64,000 nucleotides of DNA from Eutreptiella sp. 'Long Island Sound 2002'. Taxonomy: Eukaryota; Protista; Euglenida. The stretch is from positions 806,001-870,000 of the forward strand of contig OZ038378.1 in assembly GCA_964036045.1 (NCBI GenBank), written 5' to 3'. Each line of letters begins with the position of its first letter. The first letter of the stretch is position 1. A program made the translations under genes and the position numbers. Shown here one piece after another: positions 46,500-58,482 of the stretch. Below the pieces are notes generated by a model. The model saw only the letters and a program-made list of their open reading frames with translations. It was not told the origin of the DNA and did no database searches.

Positions 46500-47090
46500 G
46501 GTGAAGAGTTTTGTCCCCACAAATCAAATGTGCCTGCGCAATAATTTTCACCACATGCGCCACAAAGTGTGGTGGTGTGCTTCTGGCACAACAACGTACT
46601 CATCACCTCCATCATCTTGCGTGGCAGCTGAGTAGCTCGCATCAGGAATCTTCAAAACACGAGGGGCAATGTGTTTCTACATTCCATAAAGGGGGAGCAA
46701 CAGTCTGCAAATACAAAAATTTGCAAAATGCAACAAAATATGGACTGACTGATGCAACCAATTGGGACCACCACACCATTGGTTCCTAACGAAATGCCAA
46801 TGCCACAATGCTGGCCACCTTGGCCAACCACATTTGTAACCGCTGGAACCAGCTCCTGATTTGTTACTTGCTTCATCAACGCTGACCTGTACCGCAAAGT
46901 GTTGGTGAGCACCCCTTCAGAGCCCCCTTCCCAGTATTCGTTCAGAAAAATGTTGCAGGAAGGAGGTACCTTTGAGCACTTGGCTCCCCATTCCTGCAAG
47001 GGGTGCACGTGCTGCTCAACATCCTCCAAGGAACACTGGCTGCTGGGCACAAGCGATGCCTTCGGTGTGTCCAAGTGGTCCATGGCCTCT
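46500..47090 (-). pseudogene. Decayed Harbinger-like transposase fragment
   Basis: Nucleotide similarity to 1900-2230 (AAAATGCAACAAAATAxGGACTGACT); SQSIFCCILQIF. Confidence 0.5.
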
Positions 47091-48079
47091 GGTTCTCATG
47101 TGTCAGAAGTCATGTTCTTGCATCAGCAGGCAAATCGACGCTCGTTCCAAGCTGCGGCTGTGGCCACGGCCTGGGCAGTGGCTGTGGCTATGGCGGTCAC
47201 CATTGCATTTGGATGGCAACTGATGCAGAAGAGCAGTTGGAACGTCGTTACTGCCCAGGGAGGCTTTCAACACATCACACACACATGGGATTGTGGGCAG
47301 TGCTTTGTCATACATGAACCCTGGGACAAGACCGACTGGTGCAAGGTGGCTGGTGATGAAGGCCGTTTGTGAATATTGGGGGGGAGGGGGGATGCCGTCC
47401 AGGTGCAGTGCAGAAATTGAAGCCATAAGCTGCCATTGGATGCGAGGGCTTTGGCCAGATAGTTGCCTGCAATTGTGTCATCTGTGGGACCTGTGAGAAC
47501 TAGTTTTGGGTGTCTGCAACCTGCAAGGACTTGGATGGGCACACCAGCTTAGTGAGTGACCCAAGTTATTTGGGCCCCCAGACACCATGAGCTGGTGAAG
47601 CCCGCACACCATATGATACCCGAGACGACTCGCAGGATCAAGGCTCAGAGCTGTCCACTTTACTTCTACGATTGTCCCACAAGTAATGGTGGAGATTTGA
47701 TACGCACCAGATCCTTTTCTGCCTCCATGTTGCTGTAGGTCCCTGCATATTGAGCGCTTTTCATGGGGGCTCTGGCCCTGCCTCTGTGGCCCTGGCACCG
47801 CCCCTTGCCCCACCTCTAGTCCCCTGCCTCTAGCCCTAGGGGGAGTGTTTGCCCTGCGCGCTACTTTTATCATGACTTTCCCAGATTAAATCTCCAAATT
47901 CACCATTACCCATTGAAACCCCTAAGTAGACCAACAGATGCTTCTTGCCTACCAAATGAAGCAACAAACCATCCGTGCAAAACATTGAATCGGAGAAGCA
48001 TATCCGAATCACCTTCACAACTTTGTTCCACCAAATTCGTTCACTCAAATTGAACAAGCAAGACTGCTCAACAAAAAGT

Positions 48080-48500
48080 CTTGGTGTGCGGGTCAATACA
48101 TTCCACAATAATTCAAATTACATTCACCACATTATGTTGCAAGTGTGCTTTTGATACCAAAATGCACATATACCAACCTCATCCCCAACATCATCTTGTG
48201 CGGCATCCTCAGCGGTTGCGTCAGTGCTCTTCCAAACGTGTCGGGGAACATGTTCCCACGGTCCATACGGAGGTTTGCAGACCTGCCCCCGGCTGCAAAA
48301 TTGGGTAAAGTGTAACAAAATCCGCACCCGCATCTGCAACTTGTTGGGACCACCACACCAAATGTTGCGAATTAAACTCCAATGCCACAAATGAGCAAAC
48401 AGTTGCTCAGTTCGGGCCCTATACCATCCATGCACATCATTATATGAATGTTGCCGTGCCGATAGAGTGTCATTCTTCCGGCCAATGAACGGCACAATGA
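48080..48500 (-). pseudogene. Decayed Harbinger-like transposase fragment
   Basis: MPFIGRKNDTLSARQHSYND matches MPFIGRKNGTLTARQQCYND at 2320; collinear DNA similarity to 1930-2330. Confidence 0.6.
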
Positions 48501-51500
48501 CTACTATGTACTTCAGCTTTCTTTGTCACTCGAAAGTGGCTACTGGACCTCTACCGTCTCGGGGGCCCACGTGTGGGTGGAATGGCTACATCACCCCTCC
48601 CTTCTCAGGGTCCGCATGGTGGGGAGAAATTAATATGGCTGCACAGGCCAAGCAAAAAGCCCATCCAGCCACCCACTCGCCCATCCGCGGGGCAGAATCC
48701 ACCCAAAAAAACGGGGGTAGGAAACGGAAGTGGCCCAAAAAGTTGCCGTGCGCACTAACACTCCCTCGTAGTTTTGGCCCGAGCCCAGCCGTTAACCTTG
48801 GTTCTGGCTCTAGCCCTGACCGCACGCCACCAGCCCCCCTTGCACTGACCCCGCAGAACGAATAACGGGGTCCCCAGCCCGGGGGGGGGGGGGGGGGCAA
48901 TGACGCAAAGGGGGGGTTCACAAAGACCGTCCAAACCATCAAAGGTGTGGGGCACGCCGCTATGGCTACACTACTAGGGGCCGGCAGACCATAAAGGCCA
49001 AGAAAAACAGGCAGCCACGTACTCCATCTGGTGCCACACATGGATACAAATTGTATTGCCCTGGGCAAGCCACCTCGAAGAGAGGCTGACAGTCAGCCAA
49101 TCAGTCAGTTAGTCAGGCAAAAAGTTAATCGGGCAGTCGGTCAGGCAAGCAGGGAGGCGTACAGGCAGGCAGAAACACACAGTTTGGCTCTTTTCTAGTC
49201 GCGGACTACATCTACAAACAGTGGGGAACTCCATTAACACCGGAGCAATCAGCGATCAAGTGGTAGAACAATGGCGTAATGCCTCAGAAGTCGCCAAAAG
49301 TGGTCAGTTCGATTCTCCGCCAACGCACATCCACCGACCGATTATTCTTTTTCCCACCCTGGTTCAAATCCTTTTGAGCACAGACTTTTGACCCCCCCCC
49401 CTAAAATGTGACATTCAGTTTCAGGGGTATGGGGCCTCAAAATAAAAAAAAATTCAGTGGGGGATCATCTTGTCTGGCAAAATAATGATTTTACAAGGGG
49501 TTAGACATCCAATATCATGCCTTCGGGTATGCTACGCGGACGACCCCCACAAAGGGGGGTGTACAGGTCTGCGCCTGCGCTTGATCTAACGACCTCTCTT
49601 TGAGGTGATTTTGCACTGGGAGCCCTCCGCATTGCTGGGGGCTCGGGGCCTTTCAGCTGCCTTACTGCCTTTTTGCGCCGGCGCAGAGCAGGCGGCATGT
49701 TTGCCTTGCCCCACACCAACCCATCAAAGGCCGTCCACCTTTTTGCTAGCAGACAGCAGCCAGCAGCCAGTTGTCTCTCCTACCTCTACCTCCTACCGAA
49801 TGGGAATGTGGGAGCAGAAGTTTGCCCCTGCCCTCCAAACATTTCCGCGGTTGCGTGGAGTGGGCGTGGCCGGGCCCCAACAATACACTCCCAGACGGGG
49901 CACTGCCGCCTGCCACGTACGCCCTTGTCAGGGACACACGGGTCCCTCATAGGCCATGAAATGCGCGCAGGCGTCCCCTCATAACTTCAGGGAGTGCGGT
50001 GCATGGGTCTCCCTGAGTGGCACGTGGCACCGCGCTCTGGACCTGCGCCAACCACAACAACCACCCCGGCCTCCAACGCCTGGATATCATCTACCAGCCG
50101 CATGCCTCCAACAACAGAAGTCAGGCTCCTCTGCCAACAAGTATGCGATATGCAACACAACTAAGGCCGTTTCGTAGGTCACCAATTTGGATGCAGTCAA
50201 ATCAGTGCTTGGAGCATCCTGGCACTGAAATTCATACGTTGCAGGACACCAATGGCCAAGGCACTAGTCTTTCCTGCCTTAACTCCCCCCCCTTCGTAGA
50301 CCCCCCCGGAATGCCGTGACCGGCCCCACCACCGAACCATAACACTTCAGAACTGCAGCTGTTCCTGCACAACACTGGTGGTGCGAATCACATTGAAACA
50401 TGATGTTACTTCTGTGTGTGTGCCCTTTCCACCAGCACTGTATGAAACTCCTTTTTACGAATCCAAACGACCTTGAACTCCTGGACATGTTCAGTGGGGA
50501 ATTCAGGTATAGGCTGAGGATTGGAGACGAGGTAGCAGTGGACTATGCAGCTCGGTTTCCAGCCCGTTTGACAGCTGGCTTGGCTGGCTTGGACTGGACA
50601 GGCACCGTCAATTGTTTGGGAATCTGGTCATGCTTGCAAATGTCACGTCTAAGGTACGACACAACACACGAGCCTGTCCCATGGGCAGCCTTCGCCCATA
50701 CCACCTCCTCAGGCTCATCATCCCCATTCTGTGACTGTGAGTTGCAATCAGAGGAAATGGGCACTGACCCGTACGGCCTCCAACCGACAGATCTTGGCTG
50801 CTACATGGTCCACAGCCTTGTCCCCAGTACCCTGGTGTCAAATGTGCAGGAACTCAGGTCCAGAGGGTGAGGGACCAATGACAGTTGCCAACAGCGGGCC
50901 ACCCTTGTTGCGAGAGTGGCACAAACATGAGGGCCAGTGGCATACACTTGTGTCTGAATGATATATAGTAGATAGAGTAGAGAAGTGTGCAAGGGCATCT
51001 CATGGCAGCTTCGGACGCTGTACCGTCATCCTGGGCACTTGCGCAACCGGGTACACACTTGAACCAGCACGTCCGACTACAGAACACAACCGTCACCCCA
51101 AATATCACCGGGCAGCTGCAACCATGTGGGCGACGGCGCGGTCCATGACACTGGGGCGAGCCAACGCTGCCAGGCAGCGTCCGTGGATGCTTTTGCCCAA
51201 GCAGCAAGTAGAGCAGTCACTTGGGCCCCCTCCAAGTTCGGTGCACTGCTCAGGCACACCAACGTGTCTGTGACGTGCTGCAGGGTGCGCTCGGAAAACA
51301 TCGCACAAGAGCTCAAAAACGCTGCAACGCAGGTCACGGATCACTCCTACTACCCCTACTAGCCCTCCTAGCCCGCCAAGGGACAACGCCTGGTGCGTGT
51401 TTGTGCTGGCGGCGGGGGGGGGGGGGTCAACACACCTGACCCCCAGAGAGGGCGGGTGGGGGGAGGCACCGGGAGGCTTCCATGGGAGCTTGAATGTGCC

Positions 51501-51575
51501 CCCCGCCCCCCTCCCGGAGGAGATGTATTGTCCCACCATGACAACTCCGTGCACTAAGGCGTTCCGCGACGCGTG

Positions 51576-52811
51576 TCATACGTCCAGAACAAGGGACTCA
51601 AAGCGGCCTCGCAGCGATGCAAGCGCTTCCCGGCCGTGACCCCTGATCTGGTTGCCCCAGAGATTTAAATCGAGGGTGGTCAGGGCCGGGGCGTCGCGCA
51701 GTGCGCTGAGCGCCTGCGCCCCAGCGTCGCTGATGCGGTTACATCGCAGGTTCAGCTCCAACGACCTCAGCGAATAAGCGGTGTTCAGTGCCACGAGAGA
51801 CTGAGCCCCCCGGTCCCCAAGCCGATTGCCCCACAGATTCAGATGGAACTCAGTCAATGAGGGAGCCTCCGCCAGCGTAGCGAGTGCCTGTGCCCCATCG
51901 TCCCCAAATTGATTGAGCCCAAGGTTCAAAGCGAGGTGCGCAAGCGACGCGCCGTCGCTCAGCCCGGCGAGCGCGCGCGCGCCTTCGTCCCCAATGGCGT
52001 TGTCCCCGAGCTCCAGCGTCAGGTGTCTGAGGGAGGGGGCGTCCTTCAGCGTGGCAAGGGCCTGTACACCGTCGTCGGCCAGGAGCGTGTCCACGAGCCC
52101 CAGCCTGAGAGAAGTCAGCGCGCGCCCGCACCGCACCGCTGCGAGCGCGCGCGCCCCAGCGTCCCCGATTTGGTTGCACCCGAGATCCAGAACGAGGGTG
52201 CACAGTGCGCACGCGTCCGTCAGCGCCGCCAGCGCACGTGCGCCGGTCTCTCCGATTTGGTTGTCGCTGAGGTGCAATGCGAGGGTCTGCAGCGACGGCG
52301 CGGCTTTGAGCTTGCTAAGCCACTGCGCACCGTCGTCACCGAGCAGATTGCCTTGCAGGTTCAAGGTAAGGGCGGTCAACGACGGTGCGTCACCCAGGGC
52401 CCCCAGCCGCTGCGCGCCGTCGTCGGTGACCTCGTTGCGCACGAGGCTCAGGGTCACGGCTGCCAACGCGGGCGCGTCTTTGAGGGTGCCGAGCCAATAG
52501 GCACCGCTGTCCGTGATTTGGTTGCCATCGAGATGCAGCGTGAGGGCAGTGAGCGATGGCGCGGCCCTGAGGGCGGCGAGCGCCTGGGCACCCTCGTCCG
52601 TGAGACCTGTGCCTTGGATGGTCAGCGTAGCAACCGCGGCATCCCCATTCAAGACTGCCGCTTTCCTGACCACGTTGCTCAGGGTGGCGTGCCACGACAA
52701 GTGGCGCCTCTGAAGGAGGCCCCACGTCCGGCCGCAGACGTGGCTCGGCGCGGGCGATTGCAAGAAGTCGGAAATACGCCGCCATTCGTCAGAGGAGAGT
52801 TGCAGCGCCAT
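51576..52811 (-). CDS. Intronless F-box-like / RI-type leucine-rich-repeat protein (411 aa)
   Basis: Pyrimidine-rich tract and CAG 7 nt before the ATG at 52811; N-terminal LSSDEWRRISDFL...VCGRTWGLL is F-box-like; about 11-12 repeats of 29 aa, consensus LxxLxxAPSLxxLxLxLxxNxIGDxGAxA. Confidence 0.9.
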   Translation of the reverse strand: MALQLSSDEWRRISDFLQSPAPSHVCGRTWGLLQRRHLSWHATLSNVVRKAAVLNGDAAVATLTIQGTGLTDEGAQALAALRAAPSLTALTLHLDGNQITDSGAYWLGTLKDAPALAAVTLSLVRNEVTDDGAQRLGALGDAPSLTALTLNLQGNLLGDDGAQWLSKLKAAPSLQTLALHLSDNQIGETGARALAALTDACALCTLVLDLGCNQIGDAGARALAAVRCGRALTSLRLGLVDTLLADDGVQALATLKDAPSLRHLTLELGDNAIGDEGARALAGLSDGASLAHLALNLGLNQFGDDGAQALATLAEAPSLTEFHLNLWGNRLGDRGAQSLVALNTAYSLRSLELNLRCNRISDAGAQALSALRDAPALTTLDLNLWGNQIRGHGREALASLRGRFESLVLDV

Positions 52812-53674
52812 GGAATGGCTGCGCGCGAGAGTAAAGACTCCAAAGCCAGAGCAGGTCTGATTGCCTCTTAGTCGGATGCGACATGTGTGGCACCCGCACA
52901 GGGGCAACGGTGCCCCTCACAGCCCATCCCACCTCACTGCTGCACTCCATTGTCACCAAGCAGGAGCCAGATCCTGGACGATGAGCACAGCACAGCACAC
53001 AGTTTCGAATCTGGCGCCCTCCACTGGGGCAGGCCATGAGCAATTCTCTCTATCACTCGGGTTCAACTAGCGTGTTGCATTGGATGCCTGCCTAATCTAC
53101 TGAGCCACGCCCAGAGGCCTCCTAGTGGGGGTGTCAACCTGAAACGACAAACTCAGACGTCCTGCGGTGCTTTTCATAGGCCCAAACGTTTCACAAATCG
53201 GTCCAATTCAACCAGAGTGTCGCATGGGATACTCCCTGAGCTGATGAGATACTCTGCTCCAGTAGCGAATGCTGCCTTGGCAATTTTCTTGCCCTGCGTG
53301 TGTATTCAGCAAAACCCACCAGATTGGGTGGCCCTGTAACATCCACCACCACCTCTGTGTAGCACGGAAGCAACAAAAACAGGTTTAACATTCTGCTGTC
53401 TCCAAATGTGCAACTGTTTCCGAGCCCACTTTCTGATCAAATGGATGCCATCAATAGCATTAAACATTCCCACCCCAGAAACCGAGAAACTTGTGGGAAA
53501 AGCCCAAACCTAGGGTTTGGCTGGTCAGCAGCGTAAAAAACGTTGCACAGCATGCACTGCGCACCAAACATTCCCCTTGACTTTTGTTGAATTGGTGACC
53601 AGCACTAGTCTTGGGGCGGCAGGATGGGTAGCTATGGCAAACTTAAACTGTACTTTCAAAAAATTCTTGGAAAA

Positions 53675-54130
53675 CTACCTTTTGCAAAGTTGTGGTGTAA
53701 GAAAGGCTGAAGCGGGGAAGGAAGCCCTGGGCATCAAATACACCACACCATGAGCAGTCTTTGTTTGACCACCCAGCCACTGGAAACCTCCTTCCAATTC
53801 CTTCGGTTTCTGGACCTTTGCTGCCAATTCTTGGAGGCTCGTGGATGCTTGCTGGTGCCTGCTGGAGGCTTCTAAATAGTTGCTGGAGCTCATAGGCAGC
53901 AAAATACGAACATCTCCGGCAAACCCCAAATACCTAAACTCAAAATCTGCGTTCGTTTTGCACAACCGTCATCAACCTAAGTTTGGGCTACCATGCTCAA
54001 GCAGCGGACAGTCTGACAATTGAATCTCACAATGCTGTGCATGGCTGGATCTGCATGGCAACCCCTCATCCCGTTCACCCAGTATCAATCAATCTAAAAG
54101 GCAACGGAAATGCTCTCATGGAAGCAGGAT
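53675..54130 (-). pseudogene. Decayed non-LTR reverse-transcriptase fragment
   Basis: FEFRYLGF motif with a broken, possibly DD-like segment upstream. Confidence 0.3.
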
Positions 54131-57100
54131 GCTCTTGCAGGGATCCAGCCATTACCTGTATGCTGGGTCTTTGGGACAGTTCCCATACCTGCCAACATGC
54201 TCCGACTTGTCACATACACTGTTTTATCACGGCTCTCTACCGCGGAGGAAGACAGCTGAGACCATGTGCATTTGGGCCACACCCCCTTTCCTGTCCATAC
54301 TTTTGATTGCTTTAGAGAGCCGTGGGCAGACCCAACAACACTCTGTGCAGAACCACCGAGGCACGGGGGGGGGGGGGGGGGATGGAAATTGCGAAAATTT
54401 GGAACGGCGAAATTGCTGTATGTGAGGGAGCCCGGCGCACTGCACATCACACCAAGCGCGGTGTTTCGTGTGCTGTTTCTAGTATTTTCTAGGAATTTTC
54501 AGTTTGGCAAGGACGCGGCGGCCTGAGGGATAAGCATATAACAGTGGAGGGCTCCACTCAAACTCCTCAACAATGCAATGGTGGTTGTAGCCGCCAACAC
54601 CCCCTGCTAGGGGAGGCCGTAGGTTGATGATGAGAGGAGAAGGATGCACTGTTTGACACCGTCGTTACATCAAAGAGGCATGAACCCCACGTTTGGAATC
54701 GCTACCATAGGGGTTGCCCAGGCCCACAAGGCAGCTGTTTCATCTGTTTTGTGTTTCAAATCGCTACCAAGAATGTTGTGCCATTGTGCAGCCATGTATA
54801 ACAATGCTTCTGTGACTTGGTCAGCGGGCCATCTAGTTTGAGCGATGTGGACGAGAAAAAAGATTGTAGAACAGTTTCAGGGCTGAAAAAAAGCGGTATG
54901 CTGTGCAACAAGCAAATGCACAGACCCTTGTTTGAATATCAAGCATTGATGGTCTACAAAGAATGTGCACACCCCACCACCTAGCCCTGTGCACGCATCC
55001 GTGGAAGACGTTTGTGCCTCTGAGTGTGGGTTGCTTTTTTCCCAAAGGGGAGGGGTTGAGGCACCCGTGGCTATTGTCCACCATCACAACAGCCATCACA
55101 ACATGGCTTGGCGCCCTTTATTCTGCAGCCATGGCAGATGGGCTCACCGCGGGGTCACAGGGCCGATGAGGTGCTGAAAAAATGCACAGAGGGTAGATAG
55201 AATAGTGCCACCTGAACAAGTGATAGAGGGAACACCCAAAAGACAGCGGCGCGCTAGGCTTCCTTTGTTTATAACACTTGGTGCCGAGTTTTCAGTGGAC
55301 CAAATGTGATCCATAGTATGGCCTGGAACATTCAGTGGGACTGCCATTCCCTTTTTGCTCTTTTTGCATGCTCTTTCTGCTTTGTCACCCTTCCTTACCA
55401 ATCCAAGCACGCACGACGCCTATCTGCCGACGCCGACACCGATGTCTGTCTGCTAGGGCTTTCGCCACCGGAGGTCTGCAAGGGAAGGCATCTCATGCCA
55501 GAACGAGATGCATTGGACTCCACACCGCCAGACCCTGGGTAAAGACCGGCTTGCATGCATTTGGAAATGGCCCCACTTCCAAGGCTTTCAAGGTGTGCAA
55601 AAAGTGCAAATTCTACACAGTGCGCCCACGGCGCGTGCGCACAACACCTAATGTGCCCCCCTGTGCAAGCATGTCACTCACCAGCCAACAGTGTTGGATG
55701 GTATGCCATATCTACAGCGAAATTCACAATCCAAGGGACCTGTTCGGTCAATTTGGTCATACTTTTGCAATTTTCTCCTCTTGCAATTGTGATTGCTGCA
55801 TTGGCTTTCCATCCACCTCAAATTTGTGGAGTGCTATTATGAATTTCCGGTGGTCACAACAACCACTGCAGCCACAACAACAACCGCAGCAACGAACAGA
55901 AAAGCAACGGCAGCAGCACCACGAGCACCACTAGCAGCACCACCACAAGCAGCAGCAGCAACCGCAAGCGGGACCGCCCTTTCCTTTGGCCCTGGTGGTT
56001 ACCTATCCGAATACTATTTTTTTTTGTTCATCCACCAGTCCAAAATTCGGCCCCATGCAGGGAGCAGAATCATGCCAACACCATGGTCCATAATGGTTTG
56101 TTGATATGCCGGTTTGTCCGAGGCGTTGACAAACACTCCCTCGGATTTCCGGCAGTGGTACATTCAACCATCAACGGTATGCCTCTTGGCCACGCGTCTA
56201 CATGTGACACTGGGTACAGCATGTCTCTTCTGTCTTACATGCATCGCGTACTTGTCGCTTCTACCTCTACGCATCATGTCATGCTTACTCTCTCCCTCAG
56301 CCTATCCATCTCCTCTATTCCATTCATCCACTTGCACACCTCTCATTGTGTGTACCCTCTCTCACCCTCTGTCGCGCTCTCTCCTCTCTTGACACCACCT
56401 CTTTACAGCTGTGTGCGTGTTGGGGGGGGGGATCACCCTATTGGAGAAGGAAGCCCACATGGGCCTCAGTGTCAGAGCGCACTTATGCAGACCCCTTACT
56501 CGCAGAAACCCTTACTCGTGGCGCGTGTGCCGAGGCCGTCGTTCGCTCGTGCGCAAACTGCGAGGTTCAACATTCCTACGATCCTATTCCCTGCAGATAA
56601 CCATGTGCTCCGTGTCCCAAAGCCCTGCAAAGGCCACCCTGGCCAGGGTCTAGGATCTCCATATGGACAGAGTGCTGCCAACAAACTGCGGCCCCTGCCC
56701 TTGAGTCCAGCCTACAGAGCACCAAAATACACATGCACAACCATGTGCCCTGCCACCTCCCCCACTACCCGCCCATGCATCCCTGGCTGCTGACGCCCCC
56801 CCCCCCCCCAGCGAGGTCGGGACTGACAGAAGACTGGCTGGACTGGGTGCCTGGGGCATCAAAGCCTGCAGCAACCCAGACGACGGACCGTTGGTTAAGT
56901 CCGCCATCAGCAGGCAGAGGTCTCTGCTAGGGCCTTGTGCCCACTCACCACAGCACAAGGATGCAGCACCCGGCGATATCCTCCCCCGCCCCCCCGCCCC
57001 CCCCCCCGCAGCAAACAACGCAAAACCCAGTCAGAAGGCAACCACATTGCAATGAACAACCGAGACATGCAGCAGAGTAGTGCAAACAAAGGGCACCCAT

Positions 57101-58482
57101 GAGCAAGCTTTCATGCCGCAAGATGCAAGCCCTGGATCTGGCCACAAAGGTGTCAGGCCACAAAGGTGTAAGAGAGGAAAATTACACAGCAATACAGACG
57201 CGCAGCAACACTGATGCGCGGGAGCCCCCGCCGCTCTCTTTGAGTGTGTGTGATGTCCCAGATAACTGCAATGTATTGACAGCCAGTGCTTAGTGCTTGT
57301 GAGCTTGCCGTTGCTGGGCAACAGCACAGTGGGGCACAGCCAACCCTCATATTTGGGTACTAAAGAAAAACAGGACTGTAGACCAGAATGGACAACGAGG
57401 GGGCGCTATGCAGCTGATTTTAGCCCACATGAGATGTTTACTTTCGCTTAGATGAAACAAACAAATTGGAGTTCGTCGGTTGGTTGAGCAACGACACACA
57501 AGGTGTTGTGCACTCAAGCCCACAACAACTAAAACTTGTTTCATGGACCACTTATCTATGCTGTATCATCCATGATATTCATGGCTGTGCCTGCCAAAAA
57601 GAACGTCATGGTGCATGTATCTGCAGTATGTGCATACATGGCTGCAATCATTCGGGGCCATTCCTCAACTCTGCACTCCAAGGAAGCAGGCTACCCAGCT
57701 GATGGGCCTATTGACATAAGTTCATTTGTAATTTGCCCACAGAAGTCAAAGCTGCTCATCGCAAGACAAACATCCAGTCTCCACCTTGGGCACAGGGGTC
57801 TGTGTATATATAACTCCCTGCAGGAGGGCGATTGAAACGCCCTGAACCCTGGCACCAGCTCTCTTAGGCACCTTCCAACCTCCATATTTTTCTCAACCAA
57901 TACCTGAGCCCGCTTATGAGGCAAACATCCATTGTCAAGGAACGGTCGGAATAAAGCAGCCCCAAAATGATGTTAGAGCTGCAGCAGTAAAGTTCCAGAA
58001 AACTTCAGTCAACGCAATCTTTGCAATATCTTCAGCTATATGCTAGAAAATGACGGCAGAAGCAACCATAAAGTAGTGGCATGGGAGGACAATGGTGCAG
58101 TCAAACAGATACAGAGCAAGATGGACTGCTCTGCACTGTGAGTGGTGTGCCAGTTGTGACTATGGGCTGCAGTTGCTTGAGCGGAGTGGTGACCATTAAC
58201 CTGGAGCCCAAAGTGCCATCTTAGCAGCTTTTGTCCGCTCCCGACAATCCCTCAAATGCTGGTCTGCAGCAGTGAATGTCTTGGCTAGTAATCGTGATCC
58301 ACGGTGACTGAAACCCTCCACAAGACACTCTTTGGACCAACCTGAAGCATCAGTGGGGGCTGTGGAAGGCGACCTGTGGACTGTGGGCTGCAGCTGAACC
58401 TCAGTACCATCACGTGCGCCTTCCGACACATGAAAGAAAATCATGAAAAACGCAATCATGCTTTTATCGTATGAGGTGCTGT

